Assembly (NCBI GenBank): GCA_002633005.1
Contig: NMRA01000089.1
Span: 310,001-374,000, forward strand
Reading direction: 5' to 3'
Length of the DNA: 64,000 nt
Origin: Phoronis australis
Lineage: Eukaryota > Animalia > Phoronida
Shown here: positions 1 to 12,800 of the stretch, one piece after another
Numbering within the stretch: position 1 is the first letter of the stretch
Layout of the letters: the number at the start of each line of letters is the position of its first letter
Notes under the pieces: generated by a model
Told to the model about the DNA's origin: nothing
Database searches by the model: none
Seen by the model: the letters and a program-made list of their open reading frames with translations, nothing else
Translations under genes and position numbers: made by a program

Positions 1-94
1 TTATTTTAAACAGAAAAGAAGCAAAATACATGTCAAAAAACTTGGCCTAAAACACGTCATCAAAGCTTACAGCTACCAAGTAATTGTGATAGTT

Positions 95-844
95 TTAAAC
101 ACAGCCGTACTCAAACCACGTGGAGTTTTCTCCCTCCTTCTTTTGCTGGCTACCGTTACCTTGAATGGTGTTATCTTGGTCATTAGAAGTGCTCTGAGGA
201 CGATTCAAACTGGTCATACTTTTCGTTGCACCATCTTTTCGAAGCAAAGACGATGCGTCTTTGCGACGCGGGGGCACCATAGGCGCTTGGTTATTCAACA
301 TTGTAGTACTGTCACTGTTCGACTGAAAACTCTGAACTAACTGGCTCACCGATGCTGTCCTGGGCGTATCCGTCTCATCCACGCTTGGCTTTGTTGAGCG
401 TGGTGGTGTGAACTCACGAGGGCTGGGTTTATTCCTACGCGGTACAGTCTGACTGTCATAAGGTGATTCGCTGACCGAGCCAGTCCTTGGAGCTCTGGCT
501 AACATCACTACAGCGTCACCCGCACCTCGTGATGAACGTGCCTCAATGGGGGGAGGCGTGGCCACGCGAGTGGCAAAGGGTTCCCCACTGCCAGCCTTCT
601 GGCGATCGGCGAAACTGCGAATGGTGAAAGTTCCCTGGGGTGTGTGAGGCTTAGGTGTCGATGTCTTGGCTATACTACTGCCGCTGCCTTTGGGAGAATT
701 GTATTCAACATCAGGGTTATAATTGTTCAAAGCATTGGTAGATTTCGGCAGGTCGCTCAATCTGCCTGGGCCAATACGAGCTGTAGGATCGTATACAGAC
801 AGGGGCCGCCTTCCAACTTCGACACTGGAATGCTTTGCATCAGC
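95..844 (-). CDS. CCDC88: CCDC88 terminal coding exon with PDZ-binding end WFEYGCV
   Basis: Acceptor tttcag at 845-846; S/P/T-rich ORF ending WFEYGCV-TAA like Daple (WYEYGCV). Confidence 0.9.
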   Translation of the reverse strand, partial: ADAKHSSVEVGRRPLSVYDPTARIGPGRLSDLPKSTNALNNYNPDVEYNSPKGSGSSIAKTSTPKPHTPQGTFTIRSFADRQKAGSGEPFATRVATPPPIEARSSRGAGDAVVMLARAPRTGSVSESPYDSQTVPRRNKPSPREFTPPRSTKPSVDETDTPRTASVSQLVQSFQSNSDSTTMLNNQAPMVPPRRKDASSLLRKDGATKSMTSLNRPQSTSNDQDNTIQGNGSQQKKEGENSTWFEYGCV

Positions 845-3800
845 CTGAAAAGAAAACATACAGGTTCAACATAATAAAGTTTGTACCAAATGTACCATGT
901 AGTTATTTATAACACCTGTCAAAAATAATCAAACTAAAATACATCTTTCCAACTACTCTAACAGGGAATTAGATTTGCATAAAGCCATCATGACTGAGTA
1001 TTCTACTAATGGTAAGTCGTCACCATAGAAATTTTGGTTCATTTTGTCCAATCGTCTTAAGACATGAGTTGCATGAGAACAGCGATTCATTTGCATAAAA
1101 TATATTGAATTAACAAAAACAAGTTTTATTGATCAAAACATCTATCACCATGACGGTGAATTCTTGAAAATAAACAAAGCTAAACAGAGTTGTTTTAATT
1201 TTCTTCAAGTTCTGATGGTGCTCCAGCACAATGGCGACCATAGTTGAATGGCCTTGACCTTCACGTTTTATGAACAAATGCAACCATGCACACAGGGATG
1301 TAATTAACAATAAGTTCCTATTTTGGAGATATTTCTGGGGGGCTCCATTATTAATTGGACAGGTGAAAATTGAGGAATGAGTGTAACAAATCAATATAGG
1401 AATCATGCCAGAGACAATACATCGTAATTTTACAGGTGTGCCAAAGAACTCTATAAAGGAAATTGCACCAATTCTAAGACATCACAGGTATCTTTTATAC
1501 ATTCAGAGAACCTCACAGTTGTTTAGTCAGAGGGCAGGACACAAGCCACACCCTTCTTATGAATTATTTACAGTACTCTGTTTGTACAAAGTAACTGGAC
1601 AGCTTTCCGTAGACCAATTTTTCCAAACCAAAAAAATCTCGCAAATCGATCGAGACAAAAGAAAGTTTTTTGTGAGCATGTTCAGGAGGTTACTAGCCTA
1701 TCCTAACAAAATGGCAGCCACTGGCGTGATTTGTCAGTGAGGTTGGAGTGTTGAATTGTGGGACTGAATTCTCAAATTTTTCACCATAAGTGCAAGCTAA
1801 CATCTTACGTCTGGTCAACATTATGATGTCGAAAGTCCAACGACAACGTGACCAGAGTTCAGTGTAGACGTCTATTTATGATCTACTTACAGGCACGGGT
1901 GGTGTTTTATTGTTTTCTCTCAAGAATTGTTCAAGTGATATCTCCTCACTGCCTGGTGAAGGCTGGTTTGTATGACGTGGGGAGCTCTTGGGTGTATGCT
2001 GACCGCCATTGTAGGGCAGGTCTGTGGAATGTTTACCAGTCACTGCGTCACGAGCCACTTGACCACTGTCTTCACTGCTCACGCTACCATGGCGACCTGC
2101 TCCTGCACAATACACAGCCATCCAATCAAAAATCAGCTCCAATGACATCACACGCGTAACACACCTATTTAACAATGAACGATAACTACGTACTTCAAGA
2201 TAAAGAGGGTATTTTAGATAACTACTGCCAATCGTCTTTTTNGCACGGGTGGTGTTTTATTGTTTTCTCTCAGGAATTGTTCAAGTGATATCTCCTCACT
2301 GCCTGGTGAAGGCTGGTTTGTATGGCGTGGGGAGCTCTTGGGTGTATGCTGACCGCCATTGTAGGGCAGGTCTGTGGAATGTTTACCAGTCACTGCGTCA
2401 CGAGCCACTTGACCACTGTCTTCACTACTCATGCTACCATGGCGACCTGCTCCTGCACAATACACAGCCAGCCAATCAAAAATTAGCTCCAATGACAACA
2501 CAGATCATGCTTAAGATATAAATGTCTTATGTTACCTGGACAAAAGCACTGAGATCCACAAAACGCACAACACACCTATTTAACAATGAACGATAACTAC
2601 GTACTTCAAGATCAAGAGGGTATTTTGGATAACTACTGCCAATCGTCTTTTTGTGAAAGTTAAGCAAAAACAATTACTTCAACAAGGGTATGAGTCCAGA
2701 TGCATAAATGTTATACGCCATAGAAAACATCACCATATCTCAAGATTTCTATCGACTGGTAAACAATGCTGCTGACAGCACGCGGCTGGCTAATGTATCT
2801 ATTAGATAGTAGTTTCAACCAGGGCCCAGGATCTAATCTTTTTACTCCAAATCTAACTGAAATTTTTGTTATTTTCTATTCTGCTTCTGTGCAAACTCGA
2901 GATAAGTATCAATTATTCTATATTTGAGTACATAAAGGCTTACAGGTGTAACTGTCGGATCCTGGTTTGAACCTGATGACCTCAGCACTAAGGTTAAAGG
3001 TTGGAGTGTGAACCTGGTGACCTCAGCACTAAGGTTAAAGGTTTGAGTGTGAACCTGGTGACCTCACCACTAAGGTTAAAGGTTTGAGTGTGAACTGGAA
3101 AAATCGAGTTAATGCTCAAAATCTGGAGTTTTTACTCGAGTTTGTAGCTCGAATCTAAGAGTTATCAAGTGCAAACGTGGACTAGAAACTCGTATGCATA
3201 TTAAACCATAATGTTCTCAAGCACGGACTAATGGACATCTACCTCGAATTCATACAAAAGTAGTGCGGATAATGCCAAAAATAGTTTTGAGTTTGATTTT
3301 ACGTAAAAAGATTAGACCCCCGGGCACAGATCTGAAAGCCCAGGACCACTTTTCAGAGGCATTTACAACAGTAAAAGAGAAAGTGGGGATTTTTGGACAT
3401 TCTGGTTTAGGTTAGCATCTTAAGATGTCTATAGATTATTGGATATCATTTTTCATTAGAAATCAGAAAAAATTCAACCATTTCCACAACTGGATCTTGA
3501 CCTCACAATAACCATTCTTACCCATTTTTCACAATGTCTACTACGGTTGTATCCCGTCAATATCCACGTAGTATCTAAAGTCATTTCAGGTTCTAATGTC
3601 TACTAAAACGTCCGAAAATCCCCTCGTAAGACAAATCAATACAACAGCGGATCTTACCACCGCTAAAGTTACTGCCACTGCTCTGACGACGATCAGTAAA
3701 GTAAGGAGAATAGTTGTAACCAACGGCAACTGAAACACACAACACACTAGATAGGAAAACACAGAGTGGAGACCCAGTATGTGGTCTGAACCCGTAAGTA

Positions 3801-6800
3801 CTGGGAGTAGCCATTCAGATGCACCGGAAATTTGCGATAAAAATTGCCTGGGCATACATTCGTAAATTTGCACATTTGTTACAAGTATAGAAACTTAAAT
3901 ACAAGCTCAAGCATGCAAATGGAAAATTTACCAGCAACATCAATACGGAATGAGGGTCAACATATGTACCTCAAAGATAGTACAGGACCAATGGTATGTT
4001 CATGTAGATAAACCAAAATGTGCTAAATAAACTACATCCCATTTCTCATAAAGCCATGTTTTGTTTGAAACTCCCAGACATTGCTCAACTGGGAAACCAT
4101 ACTTATCGCAGAAATTTCTAAGTGTGGCTTCGAAAGCACGACCATGAGCACGTATTCCGAAAATTTTATGACTAAAGGCATGGGAGCCTATATTTGGGAG
4201 GGGGTCTGTTTGCTTAAAGTATCAATAGAGTTTGGGCAACTGACATACATATTAAGCCTTGAGTCTTGATGCAGGATTTGACTGGCCATCGTGTTGACAG
4301 AATGCATCCTCTGGATTTGCTGATCCAGCCTCCAGTGTTTTTGGACCATGAAGTCCAACAGTTGAATTTTGAGGTGTTGTCCCAGTACTTATGAGTATTT
4401 TGTTCACTCAGACATATCATAGGAAAGCAGTTAGGAAATTAAAATTAATAAAATTGCAACTGAAAGTAAGCCCTATCACCATATTTGGGCACTATTCCTT
4501 TCACCAAACAGCCCACAAACTAAATACAGATATTTAGAGAATAGTTTCACTTTAGCAAGAAAGGAAAAGTGTAAGAGAAAATAAAAATCCCACTCGGCAA
4601 ATAACAAAAAGATAGGAAAGCCAGCGCACGCTGCAGTGCACAAACTAGAGAGCTCACCTGCTGTATAAGATCCCGCAGACCCGGCAGAAATTGTGTCTGC
4701 AGACTTCGTGGGTGGTCTAGGAGAATAATCGCTAAGAATATCTTCACTGGAACGAGCACCTGTAGACAGTCACATAGAACAAACTTACACTACAATGCAA
4801 TAAACGCAAAATTAATGTTAAGCTAGTGTTAATGGTTATAGTGAAGGAGAGTAAAACTAGTGATTAAACGCACAATGAAGCTACAGCACAAGCCAAAAGC
4901 ATTCAGACAAAATGAACCATAATTCCCTGTAACAACGGCACGGTGAAAGCAATATTTTGTGTCAGAGTAGTCTCCTCTGATGGCCCAAAATGAATGGGAA
5001 TCAATCAGAAAGTTAATTAAGTGACTAAGCCATATTGTAATTAGAATTGTTATTACCAGTCATTTTTGCTGTTAACAGAAACAACAGTCATGAAATGGTA
5101 TTTTGTCTGATTACTTTTGCGTTAGTTAAGACTTTAAGACCTCGGTGTCTATGGTGGACGTTATTGTAAGGTTTGTATTTACTCGACTGTAAATAAATAC
5201 ATTGAACACAAGGTTACATGGGACCATACAAAATTGTTCAAATGTGACCAACGTTCAGAACATCATGTCTCACAAAACGGCCAACCAAATTCAAGTGAAA
5301 CTCTGAGCCACTATAATTTATGCACTGCTTTAAAATTAAGGAATTGTTTTAAATCATTCCACTTTCTGATTTTTAGAGTTTGTAGAAGAAAAACTCAAAG
5401 GTTACATAAAAGCTAAAAAATAAAGAATTATTTAGAAAAGTGTAATGGTGTTTTTTAAATTTCATCTGTAAGAGTGAAACAAATTTGGTCACCTTATTGT
5501 TTTGCTTTGAATGCGCATTTCTTTCTTGCTTAACTTTATCACAAATACAATGCCACGTGACTTAACTAATGGCAGACAGGTATACGGTGAAAAGCCAACT
5601 TCTCCAAGCTTTCTACTTTCAGGAAACATACTTTTATATACTTTTATGGAGTTAAATTCAATGGTTTTCTAGATATTTGACTACTGCTGACTTGCGAATA
5701 AGGTCCTACAAACATGAAGTGTTTTAACATCGTCTGGTTCACAAAGATTCTGTTAAAAGAAAGAAGGTGCATAAGCTAATACAGTGGTTGTGACAAATCT
5801 GGTCAGTTGCACTTATTAAAGAAAAGTGAATCAACACATATCAAGCATATGGCTGCGTTAAAGTTGAGACTGCGCGTGCATTCGTATGCGGAAAATGGTG
5901 AAAAAAAAAACAGCTAGTCAGTAACAATGCCAAAATTACAGTTACAATTCTGGCGTAGTGTTATGATGTAAAATTATAATATAAACTCATCTTCTGGAAA
6001 TTCTTCAGCTATTTTGCACTAAAAAATTTCCAAAATTATCGCTTTTCTGTTTTTCAAAGGCAGAATATTAGAAACTTTTAAAAACTAAACGTTTCATTAC
6101 ATCTGCACACTACAACAAGACAAGCAGACCGAAAGTTTAATATTCATTTTTGTTAAATTTTCCAAAGTAAAATTTCACTTGTTTACCATATTTTGTGCTC
6201 AATAGGTGAAAAATTACCATTATATTTTATGTTTGTGAAATCAAAAAAACAAGACAAGTCCTTGTTTACACAAGTACTAGTCTAATAGCAACATTGGTTT
6301 TGCACGCGTAATCTCACGGCCACTTAAATGTTTGACACTTGCACAAGCAATATCCTATGAAGAAACTAGCTATTACACACCTCTAAGTTTGAAGCCTTGT
6401 GGGCTATGCAGCTTGAACATGTTAAGGGCAGTTGTTGAAGAGGCCAATTGCCTGTGATGTTTAGACAGGTTGGTGGCAAAAGACTTTGGACTTTCACTTA
6501 TGTCACCTAGTTGCAGCAATAAGATGAAATAATAACACTGAATACCGTAAATTTCCCAATTTCGTGTGAAAGTGAATAAAAAGCAGACATGAACCAGTTT
6601 TAATGACAGCAATTCTCAATTGCTTCAGCCAGGAAGTTCCACAGGTCTGAAATCTTGATTTTCGGGTCAACTTCTCAGATCGCACCGGAGAGCACTTGCA
6701 GAAAAGGAAACTTTGATGGAAATTTACGGTAGACAAAGGTGCAAAAACACAAGTCACTCACTAGCAGGTGAAACTACGGTGATAAAAAACATCACGCGTG

Positions 6801-9800
6801 CACAGGAAATATTAGCAGTCTATTTCGCAGTTATGGTCAACACTCTATAGATAAAACACACAACAAAGTTAATTAGCGCATAGAACACAACTCTAAAACA
6901 GAATAATGCAAGTGCATCAGAAAGGTTAATGGTTAACTGTGTAACTAAACTGGAGTTGCAATACAAGCACATTTTGTGTTGAAGCAAAATTCATTGTAAT
7001 TCCGAGCATAAAATTGCCACAGATTTCAGTATTACACTTATAACTCAGCAGTGACATAGACAGTATACTCGACTGCACATTTTCCAAAACGATGCAAGAA
7101 ACTGTCGTTGAATAGAAAGAGTTTCTACAAGTGAAATTCCTTCCATAACTTGGGCAGAACATTAGGTTATTTAAAGCAGGCAACTCTAAGTATGTGAATG
7201 AGCATGACACTGATACACAATCCCCAGACAGCCAATAGGCAGTACGTATGTGTACTGACCTTCCTTTTTGCGAGTCAGAGGCGTATTGTGTTCGTCAGTG
7301 CCATCACCGTAGGAGCCCAGTGACGAAGTGTCGGGACTGTTAGCTGAGCCAGTGTCCGCAAGGTTGGGAGTGGAGCGATACTTCTCACGCTCCTTTTGTC
7401 TCTGGAACATCAAAATAGAACATAGCAACAGCAACTACAACTGTTACAAAGAAAACAGTGATGTGTCAGAGGCTTTTATATAGAGTCCACAAATTACGCT
7501 AACTTAGTTTTAATACATAACCATGAATAAATGTATAAACAAGCACTTAAAATAAACCAATGAGGTCATGCTTTACAGTATACTGAAGGAGGATGTTCCA
7601 TGCAGTTAATGAAAGGCTTTCAACTTGAGTTGAGACGATTCAAACAACCAAACTATCAATGCATTCAAAGGCTTTAGAGCAAAGAAATGGAAATTGAATA
7701 GTAACTAACACCTGACTAAAACACAATTTAACCATCATGCCTCATGCATTGAAGAAACAATCCACTCCCGTACACCATACTACACTAAAACCTGAAGCTT
7801 GGACCAATGACAACCTAAAGTCACATTAAACTTCATCAATTTCATAAATATTTCTGCAACCCGAAAACTAGGGAAATAGCAGTTGAAAGCGCTAGATTTT
7901 GATAAGCCACAGGTGGCTACAAATGCTCTCTCAGTTTCCTCCTCATCTTTACACGGCAGTCACAATGAGGAAGCGTCGATTTCACAAAGACTGGGAAGAA
8001 AATCCACTTCTTCGCTACAGAGAAAAAGCCTGACCAGACCAGAGATGTGAACTTGCAACAGGACAGACGCGGGACAGTTTGTTTCAGCGGCCAGGCCATT
8101 GTTGACCACTACCGGGGCTCTGCTATGGAGGAGACACTTGTCATCCCCAGCATGCATCCCTATTACCAAGTCAATCAGTCTATCTAACAATATCAAATAG
8201 ATGTGCGGTTAGTTGCAAGCCATGAGATACCTCCTCTTGTATGGCAGCTAGTTCCGCTGGCATAAATGTAACTATTGTTTTGCGCCGCTTACGCAACGAC
8301 CGCTGTGAAAAAATACAAAGGCTAAGACGTCAGTTCACCTGTCATACACCCAGTTTCGTATGTGTAACTGTACAGACCTTTCGAACGTTTTCATAATCAT
8401 ATAAACAGGAATAAACAATAGTTTTATTAATACGATGGAGATCTGCTTATGTCTTAAATATCTACTGACATCACATCATGTTTCAAAGGGACTCCTGTTG
8501 AAAAAGAATCAGTTAAGTTGTATATAACTATGCTATTATAAATCAGTGCACTGACAGGGTTTAAGTATGAATTATTAGTCATCTTTCACGCCATATGTTG
8601 GTCACTGCCATGTTATAAGTTGTGACTACGAAAAAGCATTTGATACAATATTGCAGAGATACTGCGGAATATCTAAAGAACTGCGTTCAGCGAAGAATGG
8701 ATTTGCAGCTTTGCCTTCTAGCTGGTTCACGCCAAGTACTCCCAAAATACATCACTTGGAATCTTCTGCGAAATTGATTGACAGCTGCAGGTTACGGGTG
8801 TTTCAAAGGCCTCGTGTATCTCTGAACATGCGTATTAAGACCAAAATACATAGTCAAGAATGTCATGACGCTAAATATCCAACTAAGTCTTTGGTGAATC
8901 TTGTAAGTCTATGTATTGGACAGGTGTCATTATGTGATGATTAGATATTAAATATAACAAATGTTTCAAATTGGCTAAATTTCCATGTGCCACCCTTTGC
9001 CCGACTCAGTTTACTTTTTGTTGTATATCACTAGGACCACCATCCATCCTAATAAATAGAATATGGGTGATCTCTAGCCACGCGGAGTGAATCAGCGAGT
9101 GTTCAGTAAAAGTTGATAGCTGACTGCACCAACAGACTGACCAATTTGTAAAATTATTGTGAGAACTAAGCTAAAAAAATAAACATCGCCAACCCGGTAC
9201 AAGACACTTAGGATTGTTGTTTTGCATTTTATAATGTACTTTTATTTTGGGAATACTTGACACGATGAGCAGTGAAAGAAATCGATCACAACGGTGAATT
9301 TCCTCAACTGGAAACACAACCCCACCTTCAAAAATATAAGTCGACTCTAAAGCTAAAGCAAATCTACTTGCAAAGCCAAGAACAACCTCTCCATCAACAC
9401 TTGTGGAATGATTTTAATTCATATATAAACAAACATATAAATAAATAATAATGAAATCAGATCTGCAGAGCTAACTAGAGGCAGTCAGCAGTTCTATTTG
9501 AGCTGCAGCAAATTCCATTCTGAATACTTTTTAAGGACTTTATTTGGCCAAAGTTAATTCTGACAGTTGTAGCTGAGAAGAGAACTGCTGACTGAATGAA
9601 GAAAACGAGAGAACCACAACCCATTTAACTAATAACTGAGCATCAATAGTTTGGTTGGAACTAATAATTGAATCACTCTGAAGGGTGTGCTCTCATCTAT
9701 ACAACCTCTTGTTGGTAGCCGGTCAAACAAACCACAGTTCCTGACTCTGAACTCTGAACAAAAATACAAAAATCAGTGGCAGAAAACACAACGGATCTCA

Positions 9801-12800
9801 ACGAGCAAGACAAACTGCTTCAGGGAAGATCTGCAAGATACTTCACACGGACATCCTGAGCTCACAATGGTCTACAGTGAAGCTCATCACCATTATTTTG
9901 GTCTCACACTTGCTTCAGCTTAGTTTCAATCACAGCTACAGATTTTTGGACCTCCAAAAGTGCACTCAGTCTCACTTCAGTGAGGAAGCACTAGTACGTT
10001 TGCAAAACGATTTCAAAACAGAGCTAACAACCCTAAGCAGTTTGTACCGTCGCTTATTGAGCAGTTTAGCTGCAGATCACCTCAAGTTTGGAACACCACA
10101 ACTTTGGCGACTTACCAAAGAAGAGACCTAATGGTGACAAGTGACATCATACTATACAACAGTGATAACTACATTAGGCTCACCCGAGAGTTCACCTATG
10201 TCAAAGTAACAATGAACTTGTTTTACTAATCAATGACAATGATTAACCGAGTTCTTTTATAAACAACTGGAATATTAATTGTGTCTGTTATAATAAACTT
10301 TTGAGCAACTGCAAAAATGATTCAAGTTAAATACTCACTCTGTTGATGAAACCTTTGGCTTTTCGTACAATGTTGAATCCAAAACTTTTGTTCCTTCGAG
10401 AAAGAAAAAAAACATTTTACTAGGTTACAAGACATGGCAAAAAGGTTACAATTCCTTTACCTTATCGGAACTCTGTGCCGGGGTAAAAATCAGTTGTTTC
10501 CTTTTTAGCCGTCTTAATCTGAGACTGTACTTAGCATGATCAGCTTATAAGCCAAGTCGGAACCCGCCATGTCACCATTATCACACAGAAATTTTGCTAA
10601 CATTTCCAATCTTAAAACTTTCAGAACTTGACAATTACAGTAAAACGGCAGCAGACCTACGACTATCCAGATATACGAGCACATCACAGGCACATAAGCA
10701 GTCATGAAATCACGCACGCACGCACACGCACACTTACTTTTTGTTAGGTGAAGGATCGTAGTTCTTATACTGGTCCATAATCTTTTCCTCCAGCTTTTCT
10801 TTCTGTCGTCGCAGATCAGACAACTTTTCCCTAGTATGAAGAAGTGAACAATTGCTGACAGAACGGTGATACAGGTGAGCAACTTTTGAATGACAAAAAT
10901 GACCACTAGGCGCTTATTAGGGCGAATACGGTAACTTTAAACCACTTACAACTATTCAACAGATCCTCACTTGTTCCCTACTACGACAAGAAGTGATTTC
11001 TGGGGTTGGGAGAGAGTGATGGTTAGTTATCACTCGAGGTCGGGCTCAGCGCAGAAACTGACCAGCTGAGTGAAGCAAAATTCTCAAGCCTGATCTAGTT
11101 CAGGCAATAACAAGCTATCACTATTCTCAAGTCCAGAAATCACTTACTAATTTGAGTTAGGAACAATCTGAAACCAAGTTTATAACAGTAAGTTGACAAA
11201 CCCATAAGTTATTTTTTTTGCCAGAAACTTAGTTCAAAGTAGCTTTAAGTGCACTAAAGCAAACATTGGCAGATAACCTGGGACTGGATTGAAGAGGTCA
11301 AATTTAATTGGCCTGTACAGTCTTGTGATTTTCTTAACTCATAGGTGCCCTAGATGGACAGAGGGAACAAAAATCAAATCTTACTAGGGAAATGGCTTTT
11401 AGTTTTGATTTTGATTTTTGCACAACTAAACTGAAAGTAATGCAGTTTAACTAACACAAATAACATCAGTTTGCAGCTATGTTGTAATGAGAAATCGAAG
11501 AACAATCGCCATGATTAAAACTATAACGTTTCGCTTTATTTCAAGAAACACCATCAGATGAAGCACACAATTTTATCACAGGACACCTTGCCATGAAGTT
11601 GGACGGTTCACCATCTGATGATTTATTTTAAATAAATAAAGCAAAACGTTAGGAAGGTTTTAAATACAGCACTTGTTCTCAGATTTCTCACCAGCCAATC
11701 TAACTAACCTACTAGATTATTGTTCGTATTTAAAGAAGACACAATAAGAAGCCGCCAAGCAGTTTGTCTTACATATAAACTCTCTCCTCCTCATGGAATG
11801 TATCCTTATTCTCCATTGCTTTGGTCAACAGCTCCTGGTTCTGCTGCAGCAAAGTCTGAAGCTGCAGTATCAACTGGCGATTCTCATCTTCAAGTTTACT
11901 GTTCAGCTGGGACAGTGCCTAGAACAATCCAATGACAAGATTAGTCAAAACTAGCCCAGATTAGGTAAGAATACTCAAGCTTTAGTAAATGTATTACAAG
12001 ACTGGCAAAGTCACTCGTCTTGATTTCAGTGAATGTCTGGCAAATAATAACTTCAAAAAATCTATCCCATCAACCGGTAATCCCTAAAAAATGTATTTTT
12101 TGGCCATGAAGCAGATACTGATTATTTAACACTCCTACCAGTAATGATGGTGACTATTTGCAATGCAAAATATGATGTGAGCATTTGTCCACAGGTGGCA
12201 GATGACAATACAGCGGTAAAAATTCTTCAGTTTGGGACAGTCTTCAAAATTTGGAACACAGCATTTAAAGCCAAAATTGAATTTTCTTGCGGAACAAAAA
12301 TTTGGCAGTTCAAAAAATTGCTGAAAATAGCCACTTCTCAACGTTTTGATACGTCTCTGTAGTCTGTAACACTGAGCTTGTCACTGATCGTAATTCTTGA
12401 ATTTGGTACAACAAATATAGCTTATTTCTCAAATTTGGCGCACAAACTCAAACCTTGAGCAATAGAACAATTTTCACTGTTCTAAACAGGAGAATTTTTA
12501 CCCTACCACTTTTACCAATTCTTTATTATGAATTAGCTAACCACTCACTTTTATCCCAGCATAAACACTATTTCAACACATTCTACCACATACCTGCACC
12601 AGCCTTACCTCGTTCCTATTGGCCATCTTGGACACCTCTACATCCATTGTGTTGATCTGCTGCTTGTATTCAGCCACATCACCTTGTAGTTGCACCTGTT
12701 CCAACTTGAGTGTGTTACACTCTGTCTTCACCTGCCTATAGTCCGTCATTATAGTCTTGTTGTCCTCACTTAGTTTCTCATTCGTCGACAACAAGCGTGC

